From NCBI GenBank assembly GCA_013265495.1, contig MU058065.1:1524364-1588363 (forward strand): a stretch of DNA of 64,000 nucleotides, written 5' to 3'. Each line of letters opens with the position of its first letter. The stretch's first letter is position 1. This document shows positions 1-13,000 of this stretch, in pieces. Made by a program: the position numbers and the translations under genes. Below the pieces are notes generated by a model. The model ran no database searches. It had not been told where the DNA came from and saw only the letters and a program-made list of their open reading frames with translations. Source of the stretch: Vicugna vicugna. Lineage: Eukaryota.

Positions 1-2436
1 TTTCTTTTTTAGAGAAATTGTTTTATCTAAACAAATGCAAAGTATGATATATTATTACAAGTGACCCTTCTTTTGAGCATTCAACCTAAGAAGTTTTCTG
101 TATTTTGTAGAAGTCCAAATCAAAACAAAATCTTGACATGTAGAGCAGCTACTTTATATTTATTTTTACTTGCATATTTTATAAAGGCCACAGTAAGACA
201 TTCAAAAAGCAAATTATATGCTAGTGACTTGATTACATGGAAATAATAGTGCAATCCAGAAAATATTTTTTTAAAAGTATAGTAAAAGGTTGCCATCATT
301 GAAAAGTAGTGATCTCATAAAGTTCAATTACACAGAATGCAAACTTGCATTATTGTAAAAACAATGACAAATATTTTGGCTGTCTTCCAGCTTATGTGGG
401 AAAACTAAAGAAAGTTTTTCTTTTCATATATTAGTAAGTTAAAAAAAAAACAGCAGTTCACTTTTACAAATTTTGTATCACACAGTAAATTGAGAAAATC
501 CCAAACCATTGTAAAATGGTCACCTCCCAACTGCACCTCCACGCACCCAGACTCTATTTCCAAGAGCCAGTAAGACCTTTATTCAGCCTTCAGATGAGAA
601 GAGGTAGATGGTGGAGATCAATCACCAATTACACTGTAACCGCATTAAACTATTTTGCATCCCCTCATAATGGAGTTTACTTTACAACATTCAAGAGATA
701 AAGAAAAATTAGTGGCTGTGTAGAGAATTACAAGACAGAACGTATAGGTTTTTTAAATCATGAATATGGAAATGTTAGCCCTTGAAATTAAGGAATAAAC
801 TTCAGACTAGACCCAGTTCAAGAAAGAACTAATGTGTTAAAATATGGTACTGAATTCACACAGAACAAACTTCTGGTTAAAGACATGAAAGAGGAAAATA
901 ATAAATTCAGCTATATTAAAATTAACGTGAGGAATAAAAGGTCGAATTTTTAAACTGGCGGAGGAGAAAAATAATTTAAAGCATATCATTTCGACCTCAC
1001 ACATAGTGATAAAAGCACAAAGAGAAGGCACAATTAGTAGACATCTCAAAATAAAATTTTAGACGTAAGTACATCAGTGACCAATGACAATAAACGTAAG
1101 CTGATTAAACTCATTCATTACAAAGCAGAAGATATACTTAGTAATTATACTATGGTACACTATAATATAATATACTTTAATATAATAAAGCATCTTTTAT
1201 TTTAAGAATCCTTTCTATTTTTTGTAAGGAAATTTCCTTCCACTTAATTGGAATTTTCAGTAACCAAGCTTCTTTCTCAACACAGGAACACTCAAAATAT
1301 CATTTCAAAAATAATCATTGTCTCCAAAAGATATGTAAGAAAATCATTTAGGCTACCATGATGTCTAGTCACCCTAGGAAGTGACATCATTTAAAAATTC
1401 CCAGAGGCAAAATGTGGGCTTAAAATCCACAATTTGATTTGAGGATTTTTTATTCCAAATGCTATAGTCATTTATTTCCAGTGAGTTTTTAAGTTCTATT
1501 TCTTTTTAAAAAATAACCTTTATATTCTGACTTCTGGGCATTTTTTAATGATATCACCTACTTTGTACAGTTATAAAATAACATAGTAGCCAAAAACACT
1601 TTTCTCATATCTTTTAGAGACATTGAGAAATTTCTGAAATGATATTTTGAATGTTCTTGTGTTGAGATCAGCTTAGTGGCTGAAAAGTCCTAATTGAGTG
1701 AAAAGAAATTTTGGATTTTATCCAAAAATGCTACAATGTATTAAGATGAGGAGGTGATGCTCTAATATAGTTTAATTCTACAGTTTGATACAATATAAAT
1801 TATATTCAAGGGGAAAAGAATCCTAAGAACTGTACATCTTAAAATTCTGAAATGATGATTTCTTGGTGGCAGATGTTTTTAAAATTCCATCATTATTATG
1901 ACAGAATATCCTCGCTATAAGAAAACCTTTTTATATTGGGTACCATGAAGTTCTAGAAGAAAAGGGGGACGTTCATTTCCATGGAGAAATCAAGCTGTTG
2001 TTTAATTTCTGTGCACTTTGGGGAAACTGTCAGGGAGCCCTGCCGTGCCTCATGGTCCCTGCCCTGGCTGAGCTGAGCCAGGCTCTCCTGAAGGGGTCGA
2101 CATGGCTCTCTTATTGGACATCTGTCCATCTCTTGTCACTGAGACCATGTCACATCCTGGGCTTGCACGATCAGCATGTGAGTATGGGCAGCTTCAACCA
2201 GTCGGGATGGGTATGATTTAAAAAAAAAAAAAGAGGACTTGCACAATGTCCTCATAAAAAGAACTAGACAGGGATCTTTCCTGGAGTTTTTAAAATTATG
2301 GCTGTTGTCTAAGTGGAGGTTTGCTAAAATACGCAGAAAGAGGAAGGAAGAAAACTATGTAAGTTTCTTTTTTTTTTTGTAAGGTTCTTAAATGCTTGGA
2401 AAGCTCAATATCTCTTGAGCTACTTGACTACTTTTC

Positions 2437-2560
2437 CTTACTTCTCATTGTCACCTCCTCTCTCCCTCTCTGTCTCTCTCTCTCTGTCTCTGTCTGCCTG
2501 TCTGTCTACTTACTTCTCATTGTCACCTCCTCTCTCCCTCTCTGTCTCTCTCTCTCTGTC

Positions 2561-2596
<36 letters not shown>

Positions 2597-2614
2597 ACAC
2601 ATACACACACACAC
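2437..2614. repeat. 72-bp tandem duplication followed by compound (GTCT)n(CT)n(CA)n microsatellite
   Basis: CTTACTTCTCATTGTCACCTCC... occurs at 2437 and again at 2509. Confidence 0.9.
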
Positions 2615-3524
2615 AGCCCTATAGGCTGTGCTTAATTTTCCATCTCAGTTTTATGACATTGCCAATGTGTCTAGGGAGTCAGTGTTTGAACTGAAGAGAA
2701 CCAAAGGAAATTGTAAATTCCTCTTTCAAAAGCTGGCATCACACACGTGTGGGATGCCGTCACGGATGCCTGTTACGAAGGAACGTCAGGAGCAGATGGA
2801 TTAGACTGCCCCAAACCAAGCAGAGTGGAGTGGTGAAGGGCTTATCACCAAGGTACTTTGAGAATCTAGCTGGATTGATGCACATGTCCTAACTGTCCAC
2901 TTCACTTTGGCTGCAGCAAACTGACTAAATAATTTCATTCATATCAGAATGATGAACTTTCTGTTCATAATTTTACCAGTTAATAGAAACACAGGTTAAA
3001 GAATGGAGTTTAATTATATTTCACCTGGAACCATTTCTGAGAGGTAATACTTTGGGATACTCTGAGCTTCCCCATACATTTCACAGCAGCACATTTAAGT
3101 CTTCAAGCACCAATAAATGTACTTTTGAGTGATCAGAGGTTTTGATGAGCTTATTATCCAATATGTAAGTGATTATTTTCTTGTTTTTCTTCCATTTTTC
3201 CTAAAAACTTTATATATTTGCAATTAAAGAGAACGTGGTTTGATTTTGACAAAGAAATTGTCTATGTACTTTCCTTGATGTTAATTAACTTGGAGTATTA
3301 ATTGAGACTGAATTATTATTTAACTCTGCTGTAGCTAGTCAAGAAAATAAATTTTTAACTGTTTTTGATGTGCAGTGAAGGCTTGTGGATATTAGAGTCT
3401 GTTTAACTTAAGGCAACTGGGACAAAACTTTTCTGAGCTTCAATTTTCTTTTCTGTAAAAATGGAGACAATAATTATACCTGCCTTCCAGAGTTTTGTGA
3501 AGATGAAATTTTTAAAGAGAAAAT

Positions 3525-5651
3525 AATTTTAATAGTTGATTAACAGCATCATGTTAGTTTCAGGTGTACAACATAGCAACTTAACATTTTTATAGATTAT
3601 ACTCCATTCAGAATCACCACAAAATAATGGCTGTATTTCCCTGTGCTGTGCAGTACATCCCTGTAGCCTATCCACTTTATACACAGTAATCTGTACCTCT
3701 CAGTCGTCTTCTACACTGCTTTTTCCCCGTCCCCACTGGTAACCACCAGTCTATTCTCCATACCTGTAAGTCTGTTTCTGTTCTGTTGTATTTGTTCTTC
3801 TGTTTTTACTTTTAGATTCCACATATTAAGTGGCATAGTGTATTTGTCTTTCTCTGACTTCTTTCATTTAGCAAAATGTCCTCTGAGTCTATCCATGTTG
3901 CTGCAGATGGTAAAATTTTGTTCTTTTTTCTGGCTGAGTAGTATTCCATTATATACATATACCATCTTATTTATCCATTTATCTGTTGATGAGCATTTGG
4001 ATTGCTTCCATGTCTTGGCTATTATAAGTAGTGCTGCTATGAATATTGAGGTGCATGTATCTTTCCACATTAGTGGTTTTGATTTTTTTCAGATATATAC
4101 CCAGGTGTGGAATGGTATATGGTTATATGGTAGTTCTGTTTTTAGTTTCTTGAGAAACCTCCATACTGTTTTCCACAGTGGCTGCACCGATTTACATTCC
4201 CACCAACAGAGTAGGAGGGCTTTCTTTTGTTCATCCTTGCCAACCAACATTTATTATTTGTCGCCTTTTTGATAATAGCCATTCTGACAGATGTGAAGGA
4301 ATAACTCTTTGTGGTTTTGATTTACATTTCTGTGATAATTAGAAATACTGAGCATCCTTTCATGTGTCTGTTAACCATCTGTATATCTTTTTTGGAAAAA
4401 AATGTCTATTCAGTTTTTCTGCTCATTTTTAAACATATTTTTTTGATATTGAGTTATATGAGCTATTTATATATTTTTGTTATTCCCTTATCAGTCATAT
4501 CATTTGCAAATATTTTCTCCCATTTGGTAGGTTGCCTTTTCATTTTGTTGATAGTTTCCTTTGCTGTGCAAAGGTTTATAAGTTTAATCAGGTCCCCTTT
4601 GTTCATTTTTGCTTCTGTTTCTTTTGCCTTAGGAGGCAAAAGTTTGATTTATGTCAAAGAGTGTTCTGCCTATATTTTCTTCTAGGAGTTTTATGGTTTC
4701 AGGTCTTACATTTAAGTCTTTAATCCATTTTGAGTTTATGTCTGTATATGGTGTGAGAAAATGTTTTACTTTCATTTTTTACATGTAGTTGTCCAGTTTT
4801 CCCAGTACCACTTGTTGTCTTTTCTCCATTGTATACTCTTGCCTGTTGCATAGATTAATTGGTCATAAGTGCATAGGTTTATTTCTGGGCTCTCTATTCT
4901 ATTCTGTTAATCTATGTGTCTTTTTTGTGCCACTACCATGTTATTTTGATTACAAAGCAATACCACACTGCTTCGTAGTATAGTCTAAAATCAGGAAGTG
5001 TGGTACGTTTAGCATTGTTCTTTTATCTCAAGATTACTTTGGCTATTCAGTATTTTTTGTGGTTCCATATAAATTCCAGGGTCATTCTAGAAAAATGTCA
5101 CAGGTACTTTGATAGAGATTGCATTGAACCTGTAGACTGCTTTGAATAGTATGGACATTTTAACAATATTAATTCTTCCAATCCATGAACATGGGATATC
5201 TTTCCATGTATTTGTATTGTTTTCAGTTTCTTTCATCAGTCTCTTACAGTTTTCAGAGTATGGGTCTTTCACCTCCTTGGTTAAATTTATTCCTAAGTAT
5301 TTTATTCTTTTTGATGCAATTATAAATGGGATTATTTTCTTGAGTTCTCTTTCTGATAGTTTATTATTAATGTATAACAAAACAACAGATTTCTGTATAT
5401 CAGTCTTATCTCCTGCAACTGTACTGAATTCATTTATTAGTTCTGATAGTTTTTTTGGTGGAGACGTTAGCGTTCTCTATATATAATATGTCATCTGCAC
5501 AGATAGTGACAGTTTTACCTCTTTTCTTCCAATTTGAATGCCTATTATTTCTTTTTCTTGTCTGATTGCTGTGGCTAGGACTGCCAATACTATGTTAAAT
5601 AGAAGTGGCAAGAGTGGGCATTTTGTCTTGTTCCTGATTTTAGAAGAAAAG
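3525..5651 (-). mobile_element. 5'-truncated LINE-1 (3'UTR plus degraded ORF2 3' part)
   Basis: Minus-strand ORF fragments resemble L1 ORF2 ([14 protein letters not shown]...[63 protein letters not shown]). The L1 3'UTR lies at the left end. Confidence 0.95.
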
Positions 5652-7890
5652 AGAAAGCCAGTTATTTTTAACATTATATCTATTATACAGTCAATATTTA
5701 TAACTATTAACTGTTATTATTGTTATTTTATGAGCATCAAATGTGATATGTGCTTTTTAAACTGTTGATTTCCTTGTCAACTCTAAGCAGCTGTATGTAT
5801 TAGTTTTATTGTTAATATCTCTTTCTGATTATATGATAGAAAAGCTAACTTTTGTGGGCACTGTAATTTTTTGAGAGCTGAGTATAAAACTGAGAAAACA
5901 TGCTGCTACATAAGTAGATTAAAGGATTTGGAAATTGTCTTCCTCATTCTTATTTTGAAAATAAAGTGGAAGCAGATGGAATTGAGTGTGAAATTATCAC
6001 TTAAATAAAATGAGCTTAGAATTATATTTTGGATCATTCATATAGTCTCGCTAATTGCCATGCATGCCCCCAAATACTTTCCAAAGCTGTTTGTTTAACA
6101 AAGAGATGATTCAGGATGCTTTCAGCCATTGCTTGGTGTGAAAGAATCCTATCTTATTACTGTGCATTATGGTCTGGTCAGAGCAGAATCAAGTAACCCA
6201 GACAGAGAGCCTTTAGCCTTTAATATAACCTGTGGCAAATCGAGTAAGTGTCAGGGTCTCCAGTTTCCCTTCATGTAATCAGAGGAGAGCGTTTCCCCAC
6301 TGCCTATTGTGGATTTCAAATTCTAAATGAGTGGGGCCTCATTATGAGAAATCTGGAGACATGGCATATATCATATTGAATTGTTACCGATAGTAGTAAT
6401 ACCACGTAATACCGATAGTAGTAATGCCATTGTCAAGTCCTCCTCTCTCCTTAATGAATTTGGGGGGCAGTTTGGTTTTCTTTGCCCGGGTAGTGCCCAT
6501 GAGCTAGTTTTCATTAAGACCATGTTAGCATTGAGCTTGCTCCTCTACTGGGCTGTTTTCAGTGGGGCTCATCTCAAAGAGCAGCTTGGGCCCCGCTGAC
6601 TCTGGGTCCTTTGCTCATGATGTAGCTGAGAGTAGCTAGACTTTTCTTCCTCCAAAGCCTAAAATTTTGGATGCTTGTTTATAATGCCTGTAGCAGTTCG
6701 CACATGGATATGGCCTCCCTGCTGGTAGCCAGAGGTCTCTCCAAGTCCCAGAGTCGTCTTTTTACTCAACTCCACCCAGCTCTGGACTTGACTTGGCTGA
6801 GTTTCTTTGCTGAAGGACAGAGACTCTTTTGTCTTGTTTACTCTTTAAAGATCGGGATTAAATAAATGCACTGCATTTTAAAGACTGTATCATAAAGTTT
6901 TTCTTATATAGGAAAGCCATATATATACTAAAGTCTTAATTGCAAACCTGTTTGTCTTCCCGCTGGCTGGGGACAGTGGTTGCAATATTTCTATAAGAGT
7001 TAAGTTGGTTTGATTTTCACTTGTTCTTTTAAGTTAACCTGATTATCCAACCTCTTTCCTCTCTGGCTATTGAAAGGAGATCCCTTTAAGAATCTGGAAA
7101 CAAACCTCTAGCAGGTTTGTTCGTGTGGAAGATGTGATGCTTTCACTTCATTCTCCTCCCAAAGCAAAGAAAGAAAATGTTACCTGTGACTTCTCTGCTT
7201 TCCATGTAAAGCCATAAGTCCTTTCTGGCAGCCACTGTGACATCGTCTTTTTCGTTTTTGCAATAACCTTCATTGGCACGAAATCTTTGAATCGGATCAT
7301 TCGGCAAGACTTTCTTGCTGTGAAAGAACTTGGACTGTACACGTATGCCATTATGGATATCACGTCAGTATTTCCCATCACATCTTAACTTTATCAGAAA
7401 AGACATGTCCTGCTGGCAGGCAGAGTAAATCACAGTCAGGCTGGCTTCTGAGACTTAAAATACTTGACTATATTTTCCTTCAAAATATTCAACTTGTCAG
7501 CTGAGAGGATATCAGATCTCGACCCACTGCTGGTTTGATTTCCAGTGGAGATGATGGTTCCATATGCCCTTGCTGGGCTGCATCATTATTAGCTATTCTG
7601 CTTAATACAGGCTAAATGCTTCTTTGGAAGAAAAGTTTTGCAGAATTTAGTTATGTTTCTAATCCTGGATTAGTTGATGTCTCTCCTATGGAAAAGCTTC
7701 TATTTTCTTTTCTGTATTATTTTTTTTCAGGTTGAACCAATCTTCCTGTTGACACCATTTCATCCTTAAACAATGTTGACCCCTCCAGATTGTATGAACT
7801 GTCTGGCTTGAACCAAAGGCTGAAGTGCTTGAACTGATCTTAGAGCAAATAAGTACCTGAAACTCCATTCTAACCCAGCCTGGGCTTTCT

Positions 7891-8035
7891 ATAGTGGTGG
7901 TTCTCAAAGTGTGTGCCCCTCACCCATCTTCCCACAGCAACTTCAGCATCATCTGGGAACTTGGTAGAAATGCAAGTTAGCAGGCCCCACCCATCACCTC
8001 CTAATCCAGAAAGTTCGGGGCAGGTGAGAGCAGTG
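7891..8035. mobile_element. MER5A-like hAT DNA transposon fragment
   Basis: GTGGTTCTCAAAGTGTG...CAGCATCATCTGGGAACTTGGTAGAAATGCA. Confidence 0.75.
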
Positions 8036-8379
8036 AAGTTGTGTATCCCCTTTCTTTCCTCTTTCTCTGACTCCTTCTTTGGCTTTTGTGGTCCTCTTTC
8101 ATTTCTCAGATTCCACACATTGGTCTGTGCACCAGTGATTGGAACCTCAGAATGAGGTATTTGCTTTGTGTGCCTTCCTTCCAGTTGGACCTTAGAAGAT
8201 TCTGTCCCCTCTCCGGTCCCATGTCCTTCTACCTAGGCCCTTTAGGGGTGCCTTTCTGTGCTGACTCTGGGCTTGGTGTCAGATTCTCTTTGGCCAATGA
8301 GACAGTAAGAAAAAAGACATATGAGAGGCTTACCAGGCTCTTGAGTGCCTCTTCTTCCCTTTTTATTCCTCTGCCTGCA

Positions 8380-8627
8380 TCCTGAGACAATGCCTGGCCT
8401 AGCTGCTGAAGGATGATGCCTGGCAGAGAACAGGGGAGCTGCCAAGGCCCCAGAGATTTGCACAACTGACTTGTGACACAGCAGACACATGGGTGCATCC
8501 CCAACCAATACCAAAAGAACTGCCCAGCCAACCTATGAGCTCTTCAGCAATAAAAGAAAGATGGCTTTTTTTCCTAAGCCACTGAGTTTTTGGGTAGTTT
8601 GTTACTCAGCAGTAGCTAACTACTACA
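8380..8627 (+). mobile_element. MaLR (MLT1-family) LTR 3' fragment
   Basis: Ends ...AAGCCACTGAGTTTTTGGGTAGTTTGTTACTCAGCAGTAGCTAACTACTACA, a typical MLT1 terminus. Confidence 0.7.
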
Positions 8628-9409
8628 CCTGTTAAAGGCATCTAATGCCTCAGCTAAGAGGAGGAAGGCAATACAAAGGCCCTTCTCAGTCTCTCAGAAA
8701 TCATGTTCCTAGCAGCTTGCAGAAATTGACCACATCCTTAAGTGTGGGTAAAACCCTAGCAAACTCTGGAGTCAAAATGAAGTTTCATTAGTAGGTCTTT
8801 TAAGTGGCTAGTTTGAATTCATTACTGTTGCAGAGTTTTCCTTCTGAAGCAAATGCTAAAGATAGTTTTTCAGCCTTTTTTTGAAATCTTAGGGTCTACC
8901 TTTATCCTTTTTCCCTTCACATTCTTCCATCTATATTTCTTCTCTGCAGACATTCTGCTAATGTCACCAGGGGCCACCCAGGTGAAATGAGATTTGCAGG
9001 GATCCACTGGGGCAGAGTAGAACATCTTTCACAGCAAAGATGATTGCTAAAATCATCTCTTACTTGGTTGAAGAAAATAGTTGGGTATTTTATAATCTTG
9101 CTTACAAAATCTCAGAGAAATTCCCTAAGTGTTTTTAGTAACTTAGAAATTCAGCTTAGAGTATTTTATTGTTCTGACAGCCTCCCTGCCCAGGGATCGC
9201 CCTTACAGAACTTAATATCATCTATTTTCACTATTTTGAGTCAGTGATTGGTGTTTTATTTTTGGTAGATAGCATATTACATCTTAACAAAAAATGTAAT
9301 ACTGATTTTCATTGAAAACTTTTTACGGGGACATGAAATTTTAACTAGACTGTTTAAAGGCAGTCATAGGTGACCCCTTACTTAGGAGTCAACATAGTTT
9401 TTCAAGTAG

Positions 9410-9428
9410 TTCTCCCTAGAGGGCGCCA
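9410..9428 (+). promoter_or_regulatory. Weaker CTCF-like motif
   Basis: TTCTCCCTAGAGGGCGCCA fits the core CC.(C/T)AG(A/G)GGGCGC with mismatches at the 5' end. Confidence 0.45.
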
Positions 9429-10443
9429 TTTGCTCACTTCATGCTTGGTCTTCCAAGGTTGGCTGCTGCCTGGTAATAATCATGTGAAGCTGAAGTCGCT
9501 TAGGTTACAACATTGGAATCTTTTAGTAAATCCATCAGCAGTGGAGCCTGGATTTTAACATGATAAATGCATAATGTACTGATGGATTTTGTTTAAGCAT
9601 TACGGCAAATGAGACACAGTCTATGAAAGAAGACAGCAGTGTTGATTTGGTGGGGCTGGGGTTGTTGAATCAGTTCTGGTCCATCTCTGTGCCAACATAC
9701 AGTGACCTGCAGAGTACTAGGAACAGTTGATGGAGAACTGGAGAGAATACAGAGGATGGGTTTCTGGAGACCTGTGCTCTCACAATCGCCATGATGCTTA
9801 CAGAAGGTACTCACCCCATCTGACTTTAGATTCCTCATTTGTAAGATTAGACTCCTGGTCTTAGTTTTCTTCACAATCTCACTAACTTTGTGATATGATC
9901 TTTGGTACGGAACAACAGTTCTGTACGGTTTGATCGAGGAAGTGGTACGAGTGCTTCTAACCACTAATTCTAAGGAAGTTTAGGTAGTTACCCAGTGCAA
10001 TTTTGGTCAGCCTGCATAAAATAGCTAACATTTTGAGAAAAAAAAATTACAACTTGATGATTGAAAACCATAAATGCTAATAAATATGTTTTTATGTGTC
10101 TTCTTAAAAATAGATATTTTCATAAAATCAAAATACTGACTCAGAAGAACAAGTGTCAACTACCCAGGATCTATCACCATGGGTAACAAAGGGTCTTCAC
10201 TCAAGAAATAGTTGTTGAATGAATGGCAAGATGGCTGGTTCCATTTTGGGTACAGCTTTTATTTTTAGAATATTCTATATTATACTGAGTCAGAATTGAT
10301 CTCTGTGAACTTCCAGTGGTGGCTTTAAATCTACTCCTTTGGGTTGTAATGAGCATATCATGTTTGCTATACACAGAGAGTTACTTTTATTTTTTTCCCA
10401 CCCCACTACTAAAATGGTTGGATAGTAATAGAGTTTCTGAAAG

Positions 10444-12158
10444 CATGGGTGTATATCCACTGTCCATGTGCATAAAAATAAGCATAATTCATTTTCATGG
10501 CCATTTTTCAGTTTTTGATAACAATTCTCTTGCCTGACATAGCCATATCATTTCAAAGTTAATCACCATTCTTCAGAACTTCCTTATGCATGTTTTTCAA
10601 TGTCTTTATTACTGTCTTCTGATGGGTGTTGGTTTGTCTGTATACCTCCTGCACTGTCACTGAGAGCTGAACAGTTTTCAGCGTTTCAATGCCAGGAAAA
10701 CCCGGATTACTCTCGCTTTTATTCTAAATACTGTTTTCCTGCGGATACAACTTAAGGTTACATTCTTTACCCCATGTTGGTTGATACTAATATCCGTCTT
10801 TTTCATGAATTACTTGTGAAATCACATCTCTACCTCGTGAGGTTTTAAAAATTTAAATCTAGATCTTTCCATCGTCATTGAAGGACATCTTCTTAGGCTG
10901 AGGCTGCAGGTGGGAACAGTTTTGGGTTCTGGTTATGTCCATCAGCTAATTACTTCTACCTCTAACTTCATGTCATCTACAACAGTGCTGGCCCCATGAC
11001 CTAAGTACATGGTTCATTTATGCACATGTCTAATTTAACAGCCAAGAGACAGCAGTGATGCTCACTGCTAGAAACCACCCGCCAGGGTGTCTATAAAAGC
11101 ATCTTGGAGGTCTTGTCAGATGCCTTTATAATATTCATACCATCATCCTGAGGCCCAGGTAAAAGGAAACAAAATTATTGTGACCTGTTTGACGTAAATG
11201 GTGTAACTGACTCTTTATAACCACCTTTACCTTTCCCAAGAGCTCACAAACCATCCTGGTTAATATCCACTCTAGAAATTTGCTGTAAATAAACATAAAC
11301 ATGGGTGTATATCCACTGTCCATGTGCATAAAAATAAGCATAATTCATTTTCATGGCCATTTTTCAGTTTTTGATAACAATTCTCTTGCCTGACATAGCC
11401 ATATCATTTCAAAGTTAATCACCATTCTTCAGAACTTCCTTATGCATGTTTTTCAATGTCTTTATTACTGTCTTCTGATGGGTGTTGGTTTGTCTGTATA
11501 CCTCCTGCACTGTCACTGAGAGCTGAACAGTTTTCAACGTTTCAATGCCAGGAAAACCCGGATTACTCTCGCTTTTATTCTAAATACTGTTTTCCTGCGG
11601 ATACAACTTAAGGTTACATTCTTTACCCCATGTTGGTTGATACTAATATCCGTCTTTTTCATGAATTACTTGTGAAATCACATCTCTACATCGTGAGGTT
11701 TTAAAAATTTAAATCTAGATCTTTCCATCATCATTGAAGGACATCTTCTTAGGCTGAGGCTGCAGGTGGAAACAGTTTTGGGTTCTGGTTATGTCCATCA
11801 GCTAATTACTTCTACCTCTAACTTCATGTCATCTACAACAGTGCTGGCCTCATGACCTAAGTACATGGTTCATTTATGCACGTGTCTAATTTAACAGCCA
11901 AGAGACAGCAGTGATGCTCACTGCTAGAAACCACCCGCCAGGGTGTCTATAAAAGCATCTTGGAGGTCTTGTCAGATGCCTTTATAATATTCATACCATC
12001 ATCCTATCTGAGGCCCAGGTAAAAGGAAACAAAATTATTGTGACCTGTTTGACGTAAGTGGTGTAACTGACTCTTTATAACCACCTTTACCTTTCCCAAG
12101 AGCTCACAAACCATCCTGGTTAATATCCACTCTAGAAATTTGCTGTAAATAAACATAA
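10444..12158. repeat. Direct tandem duplication, period ~856 bp (copy 1 10444-11298, copy 2 11300-12158)
   Basis: Both copies start CATGGGTGTATATCCACTG and end GTAAATAAACATAA. By eye about 7 substitutions plus one 4-bp indel (ATCT near 12006). Confidence 0.97.
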
Positions 12159-12865
12159 TACCGGATGTTGGTTAGCAAAATCCATCCCACATTCATTCCT
12201 TTTACAAACTCAGTGATGCGTTGGGCATCCCCAGCCTTCTGGACTGTCCTTACGAGTGCAGAGCTCCTGAGAGCAGCTGGGTGAGTCACTTCACCACCGT
12301 GTAATCTCATGGGCTGGAAGTTCTAGTCCTTAGAGCTGTTCGCTGGGGGCTTCATCTTCCCCCCTCGAGGTCATTGGTATTGAGAAAACAGAAGCAACGT
12401 GAAAGATCAGCTTTGATGTCCGTCAGTGTTTCTCTCCAGCTGTGAGCAGCAGGCCTGTCCCTTCCTTGCTGCTTTTCTTTCCAAAAGTAAATTAAAACTC
12501 TCACCACAAGTTGGAAGTAGACTGAAATAACTCTTGTTGGACGGCGTGTGATGGGTATGGTAGGAGAAATAGGAGGGAATGCAGAAGAGAGAAGGAACTT
12601 TGGTCACAGGACCTCAGCAAATGTACTTTTTGTGCTGATCTTGGAAAAAATGAGTGGGATTTTGACTGAAAGCATCTGGAGGAACTCTAAGTGGGAAAAG
12701 TGGCAAGAGCCAAAACACAACTGGGGGAGTCCCTAAATATTTAAGAAATTTAGGATACTAGCTACTTAATTTACCTAGTAGGTAAGAGCTGGATTAACAA
12801 GGGCCTTGCAGATTGCTTCTAATTTGAGTCATTTCATGGATTTAAGGGAGGTTTCGAAGGTTTCA

Positions 12866-13000
12866 TTTTTTTTTTTTGGTGGAGAGGGTGGTAATTAGGT
12901 TTTACTTGTTTACTTAATTTTAGTGAAGATACTGGGGATTGAACCCAGGACCTCCTGCATGCTAAGCGTGCTCTCTACCACTGAGCTGCACCCTCCCCCC
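12866..13000 (-). mobile_element. tRNA-derived SINE (camelid Vic-1 type)
   Basis: Reverse complement GGGGAGGGTGCAGCTCAGTGGTAGAG...GGTCCTGGGTTCAATCCCCAGT with A/B boxes, poly(A) and TSD-like AAGGTTT(T)CA. Confidence 0.88.

Noticed and set aside
1..700. AT-rich start as the 3'UTR of an upstream gene (WDR44-DOCK11 hypothesis)
   Set aside because: The exon at 63533 is DOCK10-specific, and no terminal coding exon or CpG-island promoter is seen.
2396..2635. Leu/Ser-rich membrane-like ORFs
   Set aside because: These are translations of the CT/GTCT microsatellite duplication.
3838..5768. Multiple 60-144 aa ORFs
   Set aside because: These are fragments or antisense frames of a decayed L1 ORF2.
6385..6430. 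25-bp-period micro-duplication (TACCGATAGTAGTAAT x2); a similar 21-bp one lies near 52593-52628
   Set aside because: Ordinary slippage duplications with only two units and no functional signal.
7148..7381. 77-aa minus-strand ORF as a coding exon
   Set aside because: No recognisable homology, and there are stops in all frames just after the candidate acceptor.
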